Source: a virus
Taxonomy: Duplodnaviria > Caudoviricetes
Virus record (IMG/VR): IMGVR_UViG_3300032312_002677
Span: 1 to 28,545 of that record
DNA: 28,545 bases
Strand: one strand, 5' to 3'
The translations under genes and the position numbers were made by a program. The stretch's first letter is position 1, and every line of letters starts with the position of its first letter. Positions 8,935 through 16,797 of this stretch are shown one piece after another. Below the pieces are notes generated by a model. The model was not told the DNA's origin. It did no database searches and saw only the letters and a program-made list of their open reading frames with translations.

Positions 8935-9426
8935 ATGGCTGCTCTTGAGGAAAGAAAAGCGGCCAACTCTACCGATCTAGACTCGATAGCAGAATACTGC
9001 CCCTATACCGTTGCCGGGGCTACGAAATGCCTTGTCAAATACGACGAGGATGGAAACATCAAATCTTGCTTATGTGCAAAATGTTGGAACAAAATAGACC
9101 GGTCTCCCGTATATAATAGTAAGTTCGTATACCCACTTTGCAAGGAGTGCCTAATGGACATTGAGCATATTGAAAACACTGATAAAAAAGGAACAAACAT
9201 GAAGACTGCTTCTAAGAAGAACGACATTACTAAGATTAACTTGGATTGGGTTGAGTTTGAGAAGATGATGGCTAACGGTTCAGCAAAGCTTGTGTCTTTG
9301 GCCGAGTCATACAACGTTTATCCTGTTCAGCTGCGACAGGCTATAATCGACAAGTATGGCGACCAAATCACATTCAAAAAGGGACGTTACGGCGGAATCA
9401 TTTGGACAACTAAGACTGTCGGTTGA
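8935..9426 (+). CDS. Zn-finger plus small winged-HTH-like protein; probable internal start at 9199
   Basis: GAGGA SD before ATG8935; CAKC...CKEC; C-terminal LVSLAESYNV....LRQAI...KKGRYGGI; AAGGA SD before in-frame ATG9199. Confidence 0.6.
   Translation: MAALEERKAANSTDLDSIAEYCPYTVAGATKCLVKYDEDGNIKSCLCAKCWNKIDRSPVYNSKFVYPLCKECLMDIEHIENTDKKGTNMKTASKKNDITKINLDWVEFEKMMANGSAKLVSLAESYNVYPVQLRQAIIDKYGDQITFKKGRYGGIIWTTKTVG
9112..9119 (+). promoter_or_regulatory. TATAATAG -10-like element (internal)
   Basis: The same octamer occurs at 13536 and 18738. It lies about 80 nt upstream of ATG9199. Confidence 0.35.
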
Positions 9427-9430
9427 AACA

Positions 9431-10051
9431 ATGTTCAATTGGAATACTTGCAAAGTCGTTGCTGTGGTAGGACACACAGGAAGCGGTAAAACCGCTTCCT
9501 GTTTTAATATTCTAGACTCAATGAAGGATAGGAAGAAATACATAGTAGATCATCCTTTTCCCGAAGCCCTTGAAGGAACCGGCATTGAAAACATCGGAAG
9601 CTTGAACTTCGAAGATGTTTCGGATAGCGCGGTTTGGATTGATGAACCTCAGCTTGTCTTTCCTAAGGGGGAGAAGAAGAGCAATGACGCGCTAATGATG
9701 ATGTGTTCTTTGGCTCGTCAGCGAGACATAACTCTGATGTTTTCCACCAGTGACACAAGGTGGATCAACCGAGGGATGGAGTCGTATGTCGATACTTGGT
9801 TGATCAAAAATCTAGACTTCAATTTGGTCAAGCAGGGAAGTATAACTCAAAAAATCATCAAGCAAAAATACTACAACATCATGCCAAACACCTTCAAGCT
9901 GAAGGTTTCTGAAGGCATACTTTACTGCCCATCTCAAATGGATCGGCCTATCAAAGTAGATATTCCATTGCCATCCTATTGGTCAGAGAAGCTAAGCAAG
10001 CCATACAAGTTTTCAGCAGATAAGATAAACCAGGTATTCACATGTTCATAA
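9431..10051 (+). CDS. P-loop ATPase (Zot/HerA-FtsK-like soluble NTPase)
   Basis: Walker A GHTGSGKT, Walker B VWIDE, and ARQRDITLMFST. ATG9431 is preferred over 9356, which overlaps the upstream gene by about 70 nt. Confidence 0.8.
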   Translation: MFNWNTCKVVAVVGHTGSGKTASCFNILDSMKDRKKYIVDHPFPEALEGTGIENIGSLNFEDVSDSAVWIDEPQLVFPKGEKKSNDALMMMCSLARQRDITLMFSTSDTRWINRGMESYVDTWLIKNLDFNLVKQGSITQKIIKQKYYNIMPNTFKLKVSEGILYCPSQMDRPIKVDIPLPSYWSEKLSKPYKFSADKINQVFTCS

Positions 10052-10275
10052 AAATTCTAGAGCAGATCAATCCGAACCAAAACTACTACTATGTGCAAGT
10101 CGTGTCTCCCATGAGCGACGTGATTCAGATAGCCAGTTCTGACCACCCTTTGAACGAAGGGCAAACTTACAGAGGAACTCCTAGCGTTCATTGGGTAAGA
10201 GACTCAGAAGACGACGCTTCATTGGCGCACTTCAAGGTTTTTGGCAAGCAAAAATCAATGGAGCAAACAGCTTGA
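10042..10275 (+). CDS. Hypothetical protein
   Basis: 77 aa, coupled to both neighbours. Confidence 0.6.
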   Translation: MFIKILEQINPNQNYYYVQVVSPMSDVIQIASSDHPLNEGQTYRGTPSVHWVRDSEDDASLAHFKVFGKQKSMEQTA

Positions 10276-10577
10276 TTCGCCTTATCTTCACTATAAACAA
10301 CGAAGAAACTGACATTTTAGTCGATTTGCCGGACGAGCAGCCCTCGCTAGAAGCGATAATAAAAGCTTCCATGGCGTGTCAATTTGATTCAGCTGCAACC
10401 TCTAGTCTTTCAGAACAGATTAAATCTAAGTATGGAGAAGAGTTTTACAACAAGACAGTGTACGCGATGGCCGAAGTGATAAAGAGCTTCCGTGAGATTC
10501 TTCAGAACTCAATGGCTCTTGATCCAGAGTCTCCGATAGTGCCTGTAATGTATACCTCTATGAGAGGCTCCAAATGA
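10272..10577 (+). CDS. Hypothetical protein
   Basis: TTG10272 overlaps the upstream TGA (TTGA) with GGAG upstream. The longer track start is unlikely. Confidence 0.65.
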   Translation: MIRLIFTINNEETDILVDLPDEQPSLEAIIKASMACQFDSAATSSLSEQIKSKYGEEFYNKTVYAMAEVIKSFREILQNSMALDPESPIVPVMYTSMRGSK

Positions 10578-11002
10578 AATCTGTAGACTGGACAAAAGAA
10601 CCTGAAATAAGATGGGAAAGGCGTATATGCCCCATATGCCATGAGCCTATGGGGGAAAATAGCCAATGCTTTAACATAGATTCTCCAAGAGAAATAGTCA
10701 ATGGAGAAGATGATTCCATTGGTGCTAAGACAATAGAAATAAATGGAGAGCTTTTTCCAATATTTGCCAAGCAGTGCTATTTTAGAAAAACCAATGAGTA
10801 TTTTGTCGTAATGAACTATCCAATATCGGCGCCTCTTTCAACGCTTATAGCTAGTATCGAAGGCGTCGAGATGTTCATAGTCAAATCAGCCTATAAGTGC
10901 TCAATAATAATTGCAGACCAGTTCGATGAGGCTGTTGTTAAATCTGCAGTTAACAAGAAGTACAGAGAGTTTATAAATGGATTCCGAAAAGAAAAAAATT
11001 GA
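10574..11002 (+). CDS. Hypothetical protein
   Basis: 142 aa, ATGA overlap, GAGG SD, CPICH motif. Confidence 0.7.
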   Translation: MKSVDWTKEPEIRWERRICPICHEPMGENSQCFNIDSPREIVNGEDDSIGAKTIEINGELFPIFAKQCYFRKTNEYFVVMNYPISAPLSTLIASIEGVEMFIVKSAYKCSIIIADQFDEAVVKSAVNKKYREFINGFRKEKN

Positions 11003-11714
11003 CGTTCTTGACGCAGGTTTCGTGCGCTACCTTAACCATATGGGCGACGATCTAATGGTCGTTAATGCGGCCAGGGTGTCGTTCAACAAGGAGTCCGAGT
11101 ACGACTTCGACATAGAAGAAACTGTTGATTTTGAAAACAGAGCTATTATTGAAGGTCGTACAAATCAAAGACTCAAGGAAAAAGACTCAAAGCTAATAAA
11201 GTATCTAGCCGAGCATGAGCATTGGACTCCATTTGCTCATCCACAGCTTTCTCTTCATATAAAAGCCCCCATCTTTGTTCGAACTCAATGCTTCAAACAT
11301 AAGGTTGGCTTTGTAGAAAATGAGATTTCAAGAAGGTACGTAAAGGAAAAGCCTGAGTTCTATACCCCGTTTTGGAGAGGCGCTCCTACAAACGGAGCCA
11401 AGCAGGGCAGTTCCGGCCCTATGAGATACATGGAACACATAACGGAGTCTTATCAAGACTTGTGCGATGACGCTGTAGACATGTATCTCTTTCTAATGGA
11501 AGAAGGTGTAGCTCCTGAGCAAGCACGATCAATACTGCCACAAGGCGTTTATACGGAGTGGCATTGGACCGGAAGTCTTTCAGCATACGCAAGATTCGTT
11601 AAGCAGAGGACAAATCCACATGCTCAATGGGAAATACAGCAGTATGCTCAGGCTATTAGTTCTATTGCCTCAACAATCTTCCCTGAATCTTGGAAGGTGC
11701 TAATTGAGCGTTGA
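10977..11714 (+). CDS. thyX: Flavin-dependent thymidylate synthase ThyX
   Basis: VNAARVSF, HWTPFAH, signature variant KHKVGFVENEISRRY, APEQARSILP, and R...HAQWEI. Confidence 0.95.
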   Translation: MDSEKKKIDVLDAGFVRYLNHMGDDLMVVNAARVSFNKESEYDFDIEETVDFENRAIIEGRTNQRLKEKDSKLIKYLAEHEHWTPFAHPQLSLHIKAPIFVRTQCFKHKVGFVENEISRRYVKEKPEFYTPFWRGAPTNGAKQGSSGPMRYMEHITESYQDLCDDAVDMYLFLMEEGVAPEQARSILPQGVYTEWHWTGSLSAYARFVKQRTNPHAQWEIQQYAQAISSIASTIFPESWKVLIER

Positions 11715-12357
11715 CATTAGAGACAGAATGATATGCACCGCCTTTTCTTCAGTTACTACTGAGAGGGAGGTCAGAATGGCGATGGCTTTTTCTTCAGAGC
11801 AATCGCTTAAATGCACAGTAATAGATATGGCGTGTGTTGACTTAATGAAGGAAGACATAGCTATGCATAAAAACGTAGCTGTGGCTATAAATTTTCCATA
11901 TCAAGGAGCCTCAAACTCATCAACTATAACGTCGATCAATGAGGCTTCAAATTGCTGCCTATTCAAAGAAATATACATATCGTTCAATAGATTTGACGCC
12001 TCAAGCTGCAATTTAACAAAAATAAGAAATTTTATTAAGTCGGCAAGTTCAAGTACAAATCTGCCAATAAACTTTACTATCGATGCTTCTTGGATAAAAA
12101 ACAACGAGTGTCTTGACAAGATTTGTTCGGTTTTGGAGCCTTATGAAAACCACAGTTTGGTTTTAAGCACTTATTGTAAAAAACCTGATAAGCTAAAAGA
12201 AATACTAGAATTTGGAAGCCACCTAAACTCAAACGGTTCTTGTAAATACTCATACTTCGGCGCTCTTCCGGCAAAAAAAGAGGGCATTATAGAAATATTG
12301 AGCAGCGGCTTTGCTTATTGCGGTGTGCCAAAGCAGCACATAAATTTGGCTATTTAG
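11704..12357 (+). CDS. DeoC (deoxyribose-phosphate aldolase)-like TIM barrel lacking catalytic residues
   Basis: Colinear with DeoC motifs: VAVAINFP (V.TVVGFP), KEIYISFN (DEIDMVIN), LVLSTY (VKTSTG), YSYFGA (VKASGG), SGFAYCG (GADRIG). Confidence 0.7.
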   Translation: MSVDIRDRMICTAFSSVTTEREVRMAMAFSSEQSLKCTVIDMACVDLMKEDIAMHKNVAVAINFPYQGASNSSTITSINEASNCCLFKEIYISFNRFDASSCNLTKIRNFIKSASSSTNLPINFTIDASWIKNNECLDKICSVLEPYENHSLVLSTYCKKPDKLKEILEFGSHLNSNGSCKYSYFGALPAKKEGIIEILSSGFAYCGVPKQHINLAI

Positions 12358-12372
12358 GCTCTATAGATAATT

Positions 12373-12384
12373 GTGTATTTATAA
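12373..12384 (+). promoter_or_regulatory. GTGTATW promoter-like motif (putative late promoter)
   Basis: Intergenic GTGTATTTATAA; the hexamer ends 18 nt before ATG12397, at the switch to structural-type genes. Confidence 0.6.
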
Positions 12385-12396
12385 AAGAGACTAATT

Positions 12397-12897
12397 ATGG
12401 CAACTACAGGCACAGCAAATAATAAACCGGCTATCATAAGCAGAGTCACTTCAAGCAGTGATAAAAACAGCATCACTTTTAACTCTGTGACCCTTGGACA
12501 GCTAAACACACCAGACAAAAGTTCGTTAGTAACAACTGACAGCGTAATATCTAAAATAGACGTTACACTAAGCGGACTAACTCATACCTCTGTTATTGGA
12601 GGAAAGAGAGATTTCAAGGTAATCACTAATGTAAAGGATTACAACAGAACTGGAAGCGGCAACCCAAAGGTTCTCGACCAATACGGAAGAGTGCTGGTGA
12701 TAGATGGAACTGATATCAAGGTCGAAAAGACCCTATCTGGTCAACCAAAATTCGCTGTCACTTCTACAACTCTTGATGCTGACAACTCTCCAGGAAATCT
12801 TTCATACGCTGACAATCAAGGTCTTACTTACTACACCAAGATGACTCCAAAGATAGCCGTCGCTACTTTGACAGTTGGAGACGCTTTAGCTAGCTAA
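12397..12897 (+). CDS. Putative virion structural protein
   Basis: T/S/G/V-rich, beta-type composition, no Cys or Trp. Confidence 0.6.
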   Translation: MATTGTANNKPAIISRVTSSSDKNSITFNSVTLGQLNTPDKSSLVTTDSVISKIDVTLSGLTHTSVIGGKRDFKVITNVKDYNRTGSGNPKVLDQYGRVLVIDGTDIKVEKTLSGQPKFAVTSTTLDADNSPGNLSYADNQGLTYYTKMTPKIAVATLTVGDALAS

Positions 12898-12910
12898 TTA
12901 GGAGAAATAC

Positions 12911-13513
12911 ATGTCAATAGAAGGAACACCATCATCATCTTTTGCCTTCCAAAAAGGGGGCGGCCTACAAGTTTCGCAGGGCAATCCTATAGAATCAAAG
13001 CGAAACGCTGCGGTTCAAAATCTTTCTCTAGGTCAAAGCGTTCCTAGAATACCTGAGCTAGTCACTCCGGTCACTGGAACTAATGAAACTTTCTCTGCAA
13101 GATCAGTGCTAATCACTGACGATAATGAAGTCTACACATTTAATTTCCCTGCCATCGCAAACTGTGTTGATTCGCACTTAATAATTGCAAACTACAGCTA
13201 CGTAGTAGACTCAATTACCGCGAAGTTCACAACCGCGTCAAGCTCTGGAACTGTAGACATCAAGGTTTGCGACAATGGAGAGGCTATCAGCGCTGGAACT
13301 AGCGTCTTGGCTTCAGCTATTTCAATAGCGGGATCTGCAGACACTAATGCCTCGGGCACTTTAAGCACCACCCAAGCCAACAGAAAGATTGCTAAAGGAC
13401 AATCTTTAGCGATTGATTTCGGTGGAACCCTCACCGGTATAGCAGGTCTAGTTGTAACTGTTGTTCTACACCGAGTAACCTTGCCGACAAGACAAGGATC
13501 TTATATAGAATAA
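12911..13513 (+). CDS. Putative virion structural (capsid decoration-like beta-sandwich) protein
   Basis: AGGAG SD; C-terminal VDIKV...GTSVL...IAKGQSLAIDFGGT...LVVTVVL. Confidence 0.6.
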   Translation: MSIEGTPSSSFAFQKGGGLQVSQGNPIESKRNAAVQNLSLGQSVPRIPELVTPVTGTNETFSARSVLITDDNEVYTFNFPAIANCVDSHLIIANYSYVVDSITAKFTTASSSGTVDIKVCDNGEAISAGTSVLASAISIAGSADTNASGTLSTTQANRKIAKGQSLAIDFGGTLTGIAGLVVTVVLHRVTLPTRQGSYIE

Positions 13514-13530
13514 ATAAATAGGATAGGCTG

Positions 13531-13547
13531 CAAGCTATAATAGCTTG
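13531..13547. promoter_or_regulatory. 17-bp palindrome centred on TATAAT (operator-like), overlapping the GTG start
   Basis: CAAGCTAT-A-ATAGCTTG; TATAAT at 13536-13541, GTG at 13547. Confidence 0.55.
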
Positions 13548-14455
13548 TGAAAAAATTAGCCGTATACACTATTATAAATCCAAAAAAGCCCGATAGTCAT
13601 CTGTCGGGCGGTTTTGCTGCTATAAACTCTGTGATTGAAGCTTTTGAGGCAAACGATTGTCAAACAACAATAATAACTCCAAAAGACACTTGGATTGAAC
13701 CAAGTGAATTCGACGCGGTTCTATATGCTGACATATTTAATGACCCCCAAGGCTCTGAATGGTTTAAAAACCCTCACTACGAGGCCTTCCTAAGAGCTAA
13801 AAACTATGTTGTTCTTGAGTGCGCTTATACAGGCTGTACTCCTGCTCCATACGGCCTAGGAGGAAGAGTCAATGGTGGCGACTACGCCAAAAATAAATTG
13901 TCAGAGTATATGAACTATCTAATGAATGGAGCGGCCGTTAATATATTTCTGAGTCCATTACACGCAGCAGAATTCTCTAGATTCTTAGGCAAACACCCTC
14001 CTCGAATTTACAATTTTTTCCAGCCCATAAACACAGATATATTCAAGAATAAAGATCAAGAAAGAGATATACCTTATCTTTTCGCTGGAGCTTTAAACTC
14101 TTTTAAGGGTCTTGATGAAGTCATAGATATGTTTGGCGATAAAGGTCTTCATATAGTTGGAAGAAGAACACCTATTGTAAATACATTACCCAAGTCCATA
14201 AAATATTTAGGTGAAAAGACTCCCATAGAAATGGCTGAGGTATACAACAGAACGGTAAAGTTTGTTCATATTCCACGATGGCAAGAGCCTTCAGCAAGGA
14301 CTGTTGTGGAGGCTGCTTTGTGTGGATGTAATTTGATAGTTAACGAAAACGTTGGGGTGTTAAGCTTTGGATACGATATAAGAGACCCAAACATCAGCAG
14401 TCTTTCTGAAAAACATATAAGCAAAATAATAGGAGAAATATTAAATGCTAAATAA
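13547..14455 (+). CDS. GT-B (GT4-like) glycosyltransferase
   Basis: SGG N-terminal loop, FAGAL..FKG, and the E-X7-E motif EPSARTVVEAALCGC. Confidence 0.85.
   Translation: MKKLAVYTIINPKKPDSHLSGGFAAINSVIEAFEANDCQTTIITPKDTWIEPSEFDAVLYADIFNDPQGSEWFKNPHYEAFLRAKNYVVLECAYTGCTPAPYGLGGRVNGGDYAKNKLSEYMNYLMNGAAVNIFLSPLHAAEFSRFLGKHPPRIYNFFQPINTDIFKNKDQERDIPYLFAGALNSFKGLDEVIDMFGDKGLHIVGRRTPIVNTLPKSIKYLGEKTPIEMAEVYNRTVKFVHIPRWQEPSARTVVEAALCGCNLIVNENVGVLSFGYDIRDPNISSLSEKHISKIIGEILNAK
13582..13615 (-). terminator. Intragenic hairpin, candidate intrinsic terminator (best U-tract on the minus strand)
   Basis: AAAAAA-GCCCGATAG-TCAT-CTGTCGGGC-GGTTTT. The minus strand reads a stem with one mismatch followed by TTTTTT. 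Confidence 0.4.
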
Positions 14456-15020
14456 AGCAACTGATTTTATGGGTAAAGGCTTTGGAGAAAACGAAGTCGT
14501 AAAAATAGATGAAGCTCACGGAATCTATGTACTAGGCCTTGTTACTGCATCAAAGCCGGAGTCAATATTAGAGCTTGGTATTGGCTCTGGTTATACTACT
14601 GACTTAATAATAAAGGCTGCGATGGTTAATCAAAATAGTCCAAAGATAGATGTAGTAGATAATTGGTATGATTTTAATTTTAAAACACCAGTCGAGGCAT
14701 CAGCTAAATACTCAAAACTAGTTAACCTAATTAATATGAGTGAATTAGAGTACGTGTTTTCAACTAAAAATCGTTACGATTTTATTTTTAGCGACGCAGA
14801 CCACAACAACACGGATAAATGGTTTTGGTACGTATACAAAAATCTTCTTAACGCAGGTGGTTATTTGTTATATCACGACGTTACTAATAGAAGCTTTCCT
14901 AATCTAAACAACATATTAAAAGAGTGCCAAAACTCAAAATTAAACTATATGCTTTTCAATAAAAATTCTAAGACCTCAGAGAGGTGTGATAGAGGCCTTC
15001 TGTGTATTCATAAAGATTAA
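14445..15020 (+). CDS. Class I SAM methyltransferase (Methyltransf_24-like)
   Basis: ILELGIGSG, FIFSDADH, GGYLLYHD. Confidence 0.88.
   Translation: MLNKATDFMGKGFGENEVVKIDEAHGIYVLGLVTASKPESILELGIGSGYTTDLIIKAAMVNQNSPKIDVVDNWYDFNFKTPVEASAKYSKLVNLINMSELEYVFSTKNRYDFIFSDADHNNTDKWFWYVYKNLLNAGGYLLYHDVTNRSFPNLNNILKECQNSKLNYMLFNKNSKTSERCDRGLLCIHKD
15002..15013 (+). promoter_or_regulatory. GTGTATW promoter-like motif
   Basis: GTGTATTCATAA; the hexamer ends 24 nt before ATG15032, followed by an AAGGA SD. Confidence 0.35.
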
Positions 15021-15031
15021 AGGATAAAAAA

Positions 15032-15652
15032 ATGTATCAAATTCTAGAAACAGACAGTCTTGATTACGATATACTTTTTGAAGCATCAAAAATGATAAAA
15101 AACGTAGATGGTGCTATATGTGAGATAGGAACTCGAAGAGGCGGAAGCATTCAGTATATAGTTCAAGGATTACTATCAAATAATGACGTAGGAAGAAATA
15201 TTTTGTCGATAGATCCATATGGAAATATAGAATACGACGCCGGAGAGCACAATAAGAGCGTAAAATTAGATTATACAAATACAATGCGTTATCAAGCGAC
15301 AGCTGATATATGCAATTTTGTTGAAAGTTTAGACGTGAATATCATATTCATGACTCTGGAAGACACAGAGTTCATGAAAAGATTTGGCGACGGAGTTCCG
15401 TTTTATCAAAATAGTAAAAAGATAGAAAATAAATATGCTCTAGTTTTCTTTGACGGACCTCACACTACCGATCCAGTTCTAGAAGAAACCAAGTTTTTCG
15501 TTGAGCGTTCATCATTGGGATCCGTTTTTGTTTACGATGATTTGCCTGCATATAATCACAGCGTCGTAGAAAATTATCTTTATGAAAATGGGTTTGAGCT
15601 GATAAAATATGGTGCTTATAAGAATAAGGCTAGCTACTTAAAGGTAAAATGA
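15032..15652 (+). CDS. Class I SAM O-methyltransferase (TylF/Methyltransf_24-like)
   Basis: GAICEIGTRRGGS, IDPY, VFFDGPH, VFVYDD. Confidence 0.85.
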   Translation: MYQILETDSLDYDILFEASKMIKNVDGAICEIGTRRGGSIQYIVQGLLSNNDVGRNILSIDPYGNIEYDAGEHNKSVKLDYTNTMRYQATADICNFVESLDVNIIFMTLEDTEFMKRFGDGVPFYQNSKKIENKYALVFFDGPHTTDPVLEETKFFVERSSLGSVFVYDDLPAYNHSVVENYLYENGFELIKYGAYKNKASYLKVK

Positions 15653-16155
15653 AAGTAACTCTTACAGAGTCAGAGCTTAAGATATGTGAGTGGCTTGGTA
15701 AAAGCCGTTACCAAAATAATAGAGTCGCCTCTGTTTCAGATAAAAAAATAGGACCACAGAGCGTTGAGGAGACTGATCTTGAGGGTATCTGCGGCGAATT
15801 TGCATTTTGCAAAGCAATGAATCTATATCCAGATATGTCGATCAATACAAGAAGTGGCGGTTATGACATTCTTATGAATGGCATACGTGTTGATGTAAAG
15901 ACGACTAGATACAAGGGCGGAAAATTGCTAGCTGCTAAGACAAAAAAGATATCTGACTCCGATCTGTATGTTTTAGTTATAGGAGAAAGACCAAGCTACA
16001 CCATAGCAGGCTGGTGTAAAAGTGAGCATCTTATAAAAAACAGTAACCTAGTTGATCTAGGTTACGGTTTTAGTTATGGCTTATGTCAAAATTCTCTATA
16101 TGATTCTAATTCGCTTATTGCCCAGTTGGCATTAGGTGTCAATGCTGGCACTTAA
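15649..16155 (+). CDS. Putative PD-(D/E)XK-fold nuclease
   Basis: G..GE.AF...(N)..PD......GYDI.....VDVKTT. Confidence 0.6.
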   Translation: MKVTLTESELKICEWLGKSRYQNNRVASVSDKKIGPQSVEETDLEGICGEFAFCKAMNLYPDMSINTRSGGYDILMNGIRVDVKTTRYKGGKLLAAKTKKISDSDLYVLVIGERPSYTIAGWCKSEHLIKNSNLVDLGYGFSYGLCQNSLYDSNSLIAQLALGVNAGT

Positions 16156-16159
16156 TTTA

Positions 16160-16558
16160 TCAGTAACCATATCCAATGTTTCTAACCTCAACCCAATAAT
16201 TAGCTGGCGCGTTGCTTTGATTGGGCGCCGAACCGTCCGTTCTTATATACCAAAGCTGTGGAACAGGTATAGAGTTTCCGCCTCCTGTGGACATAATGCA
16301 AGTAACCCAATCTGCTTGTCCAGATCCAACCGCTGGAATCTGACGACTCGCATTCCATCTTCTAGCTGGGCTTGGGCATCCAGAAGTAGCAGGTGAAACA
16401 AAGAAGTTAGCAGGTCTTGCTACTAACATTCCGCCGCTTGGAGACGGACATACGGCGCAAGCCTTTCTAGCCGGAAAAGGTCCTGAAGCAAAAGTAAAAT
16501 TTACACTTACGTCGGCTATAGCGTTGAATAATTTGTTGAACTTAGTTTTATCTATCAT
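16160..16558 (-). CDS. Hypothetical Pro/Gly/Cys-containing protein (reverse cassette gene 3)
   Basis: 132 aa, TAATG coupling to the upstream gene, 4 Cys. Confidence 0.7.
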   Translation of the reverse strand: MIDKTKFNKLFNAIADVSVNFTFASGPFPARKACAVCPSPSGGMLVARPANFFVSPATSGCPSPARRWNASRQIPAVGSGQADWVTCIMSTGGGNSIPVPQLWYIRTDGSAPNQSNAPANYWVEVRNIGYGY

Positions 16559-16797
16559 TAGTGCACCTTGTATTTCTTGGGATTATCTTCATAAATAGCC
16601 GAAGGGCACGAACACTCGTTTCTTCTTGCGATTATATCGCTCCAATGGAATATGTGATGGCCTCGCCTGTATAGGCAAACTGTTCTGTTGTTTTGACAGT
16701 CTTCTAAGTCAGAACAAAACTTATTGCAAGGTGGGTTTGGTGCGGTGTCGTAGCTGATAGCTTTAGCTAGGTTGTTTAATTTTAATCTTAAACCCAT
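16558..16797 (-). CDS. Small Cys-rich protein (reverse cassette gene 2)
   Basis: 79 aa from ATG16797 (TGATG overlap, AGAGGAG SD), 6 Cys. Confidence 0.7.
   Translation of the reverse strand: MGLRLKLNNLAKAISYDTAPNPPCNKFCSDLEDCQNNRTVCLYRRGHHIFHWSDIIARRNECSCPSAIYEDNPKKYKVH

Noticed and set aside
9342-9430. ATPase start at 9356 behind TATAAT
   Set aside because: It would overlap the upstream gene by about 70 nt with a non-domain extension. ATG9431 fits better, though 9356 is not excluded.
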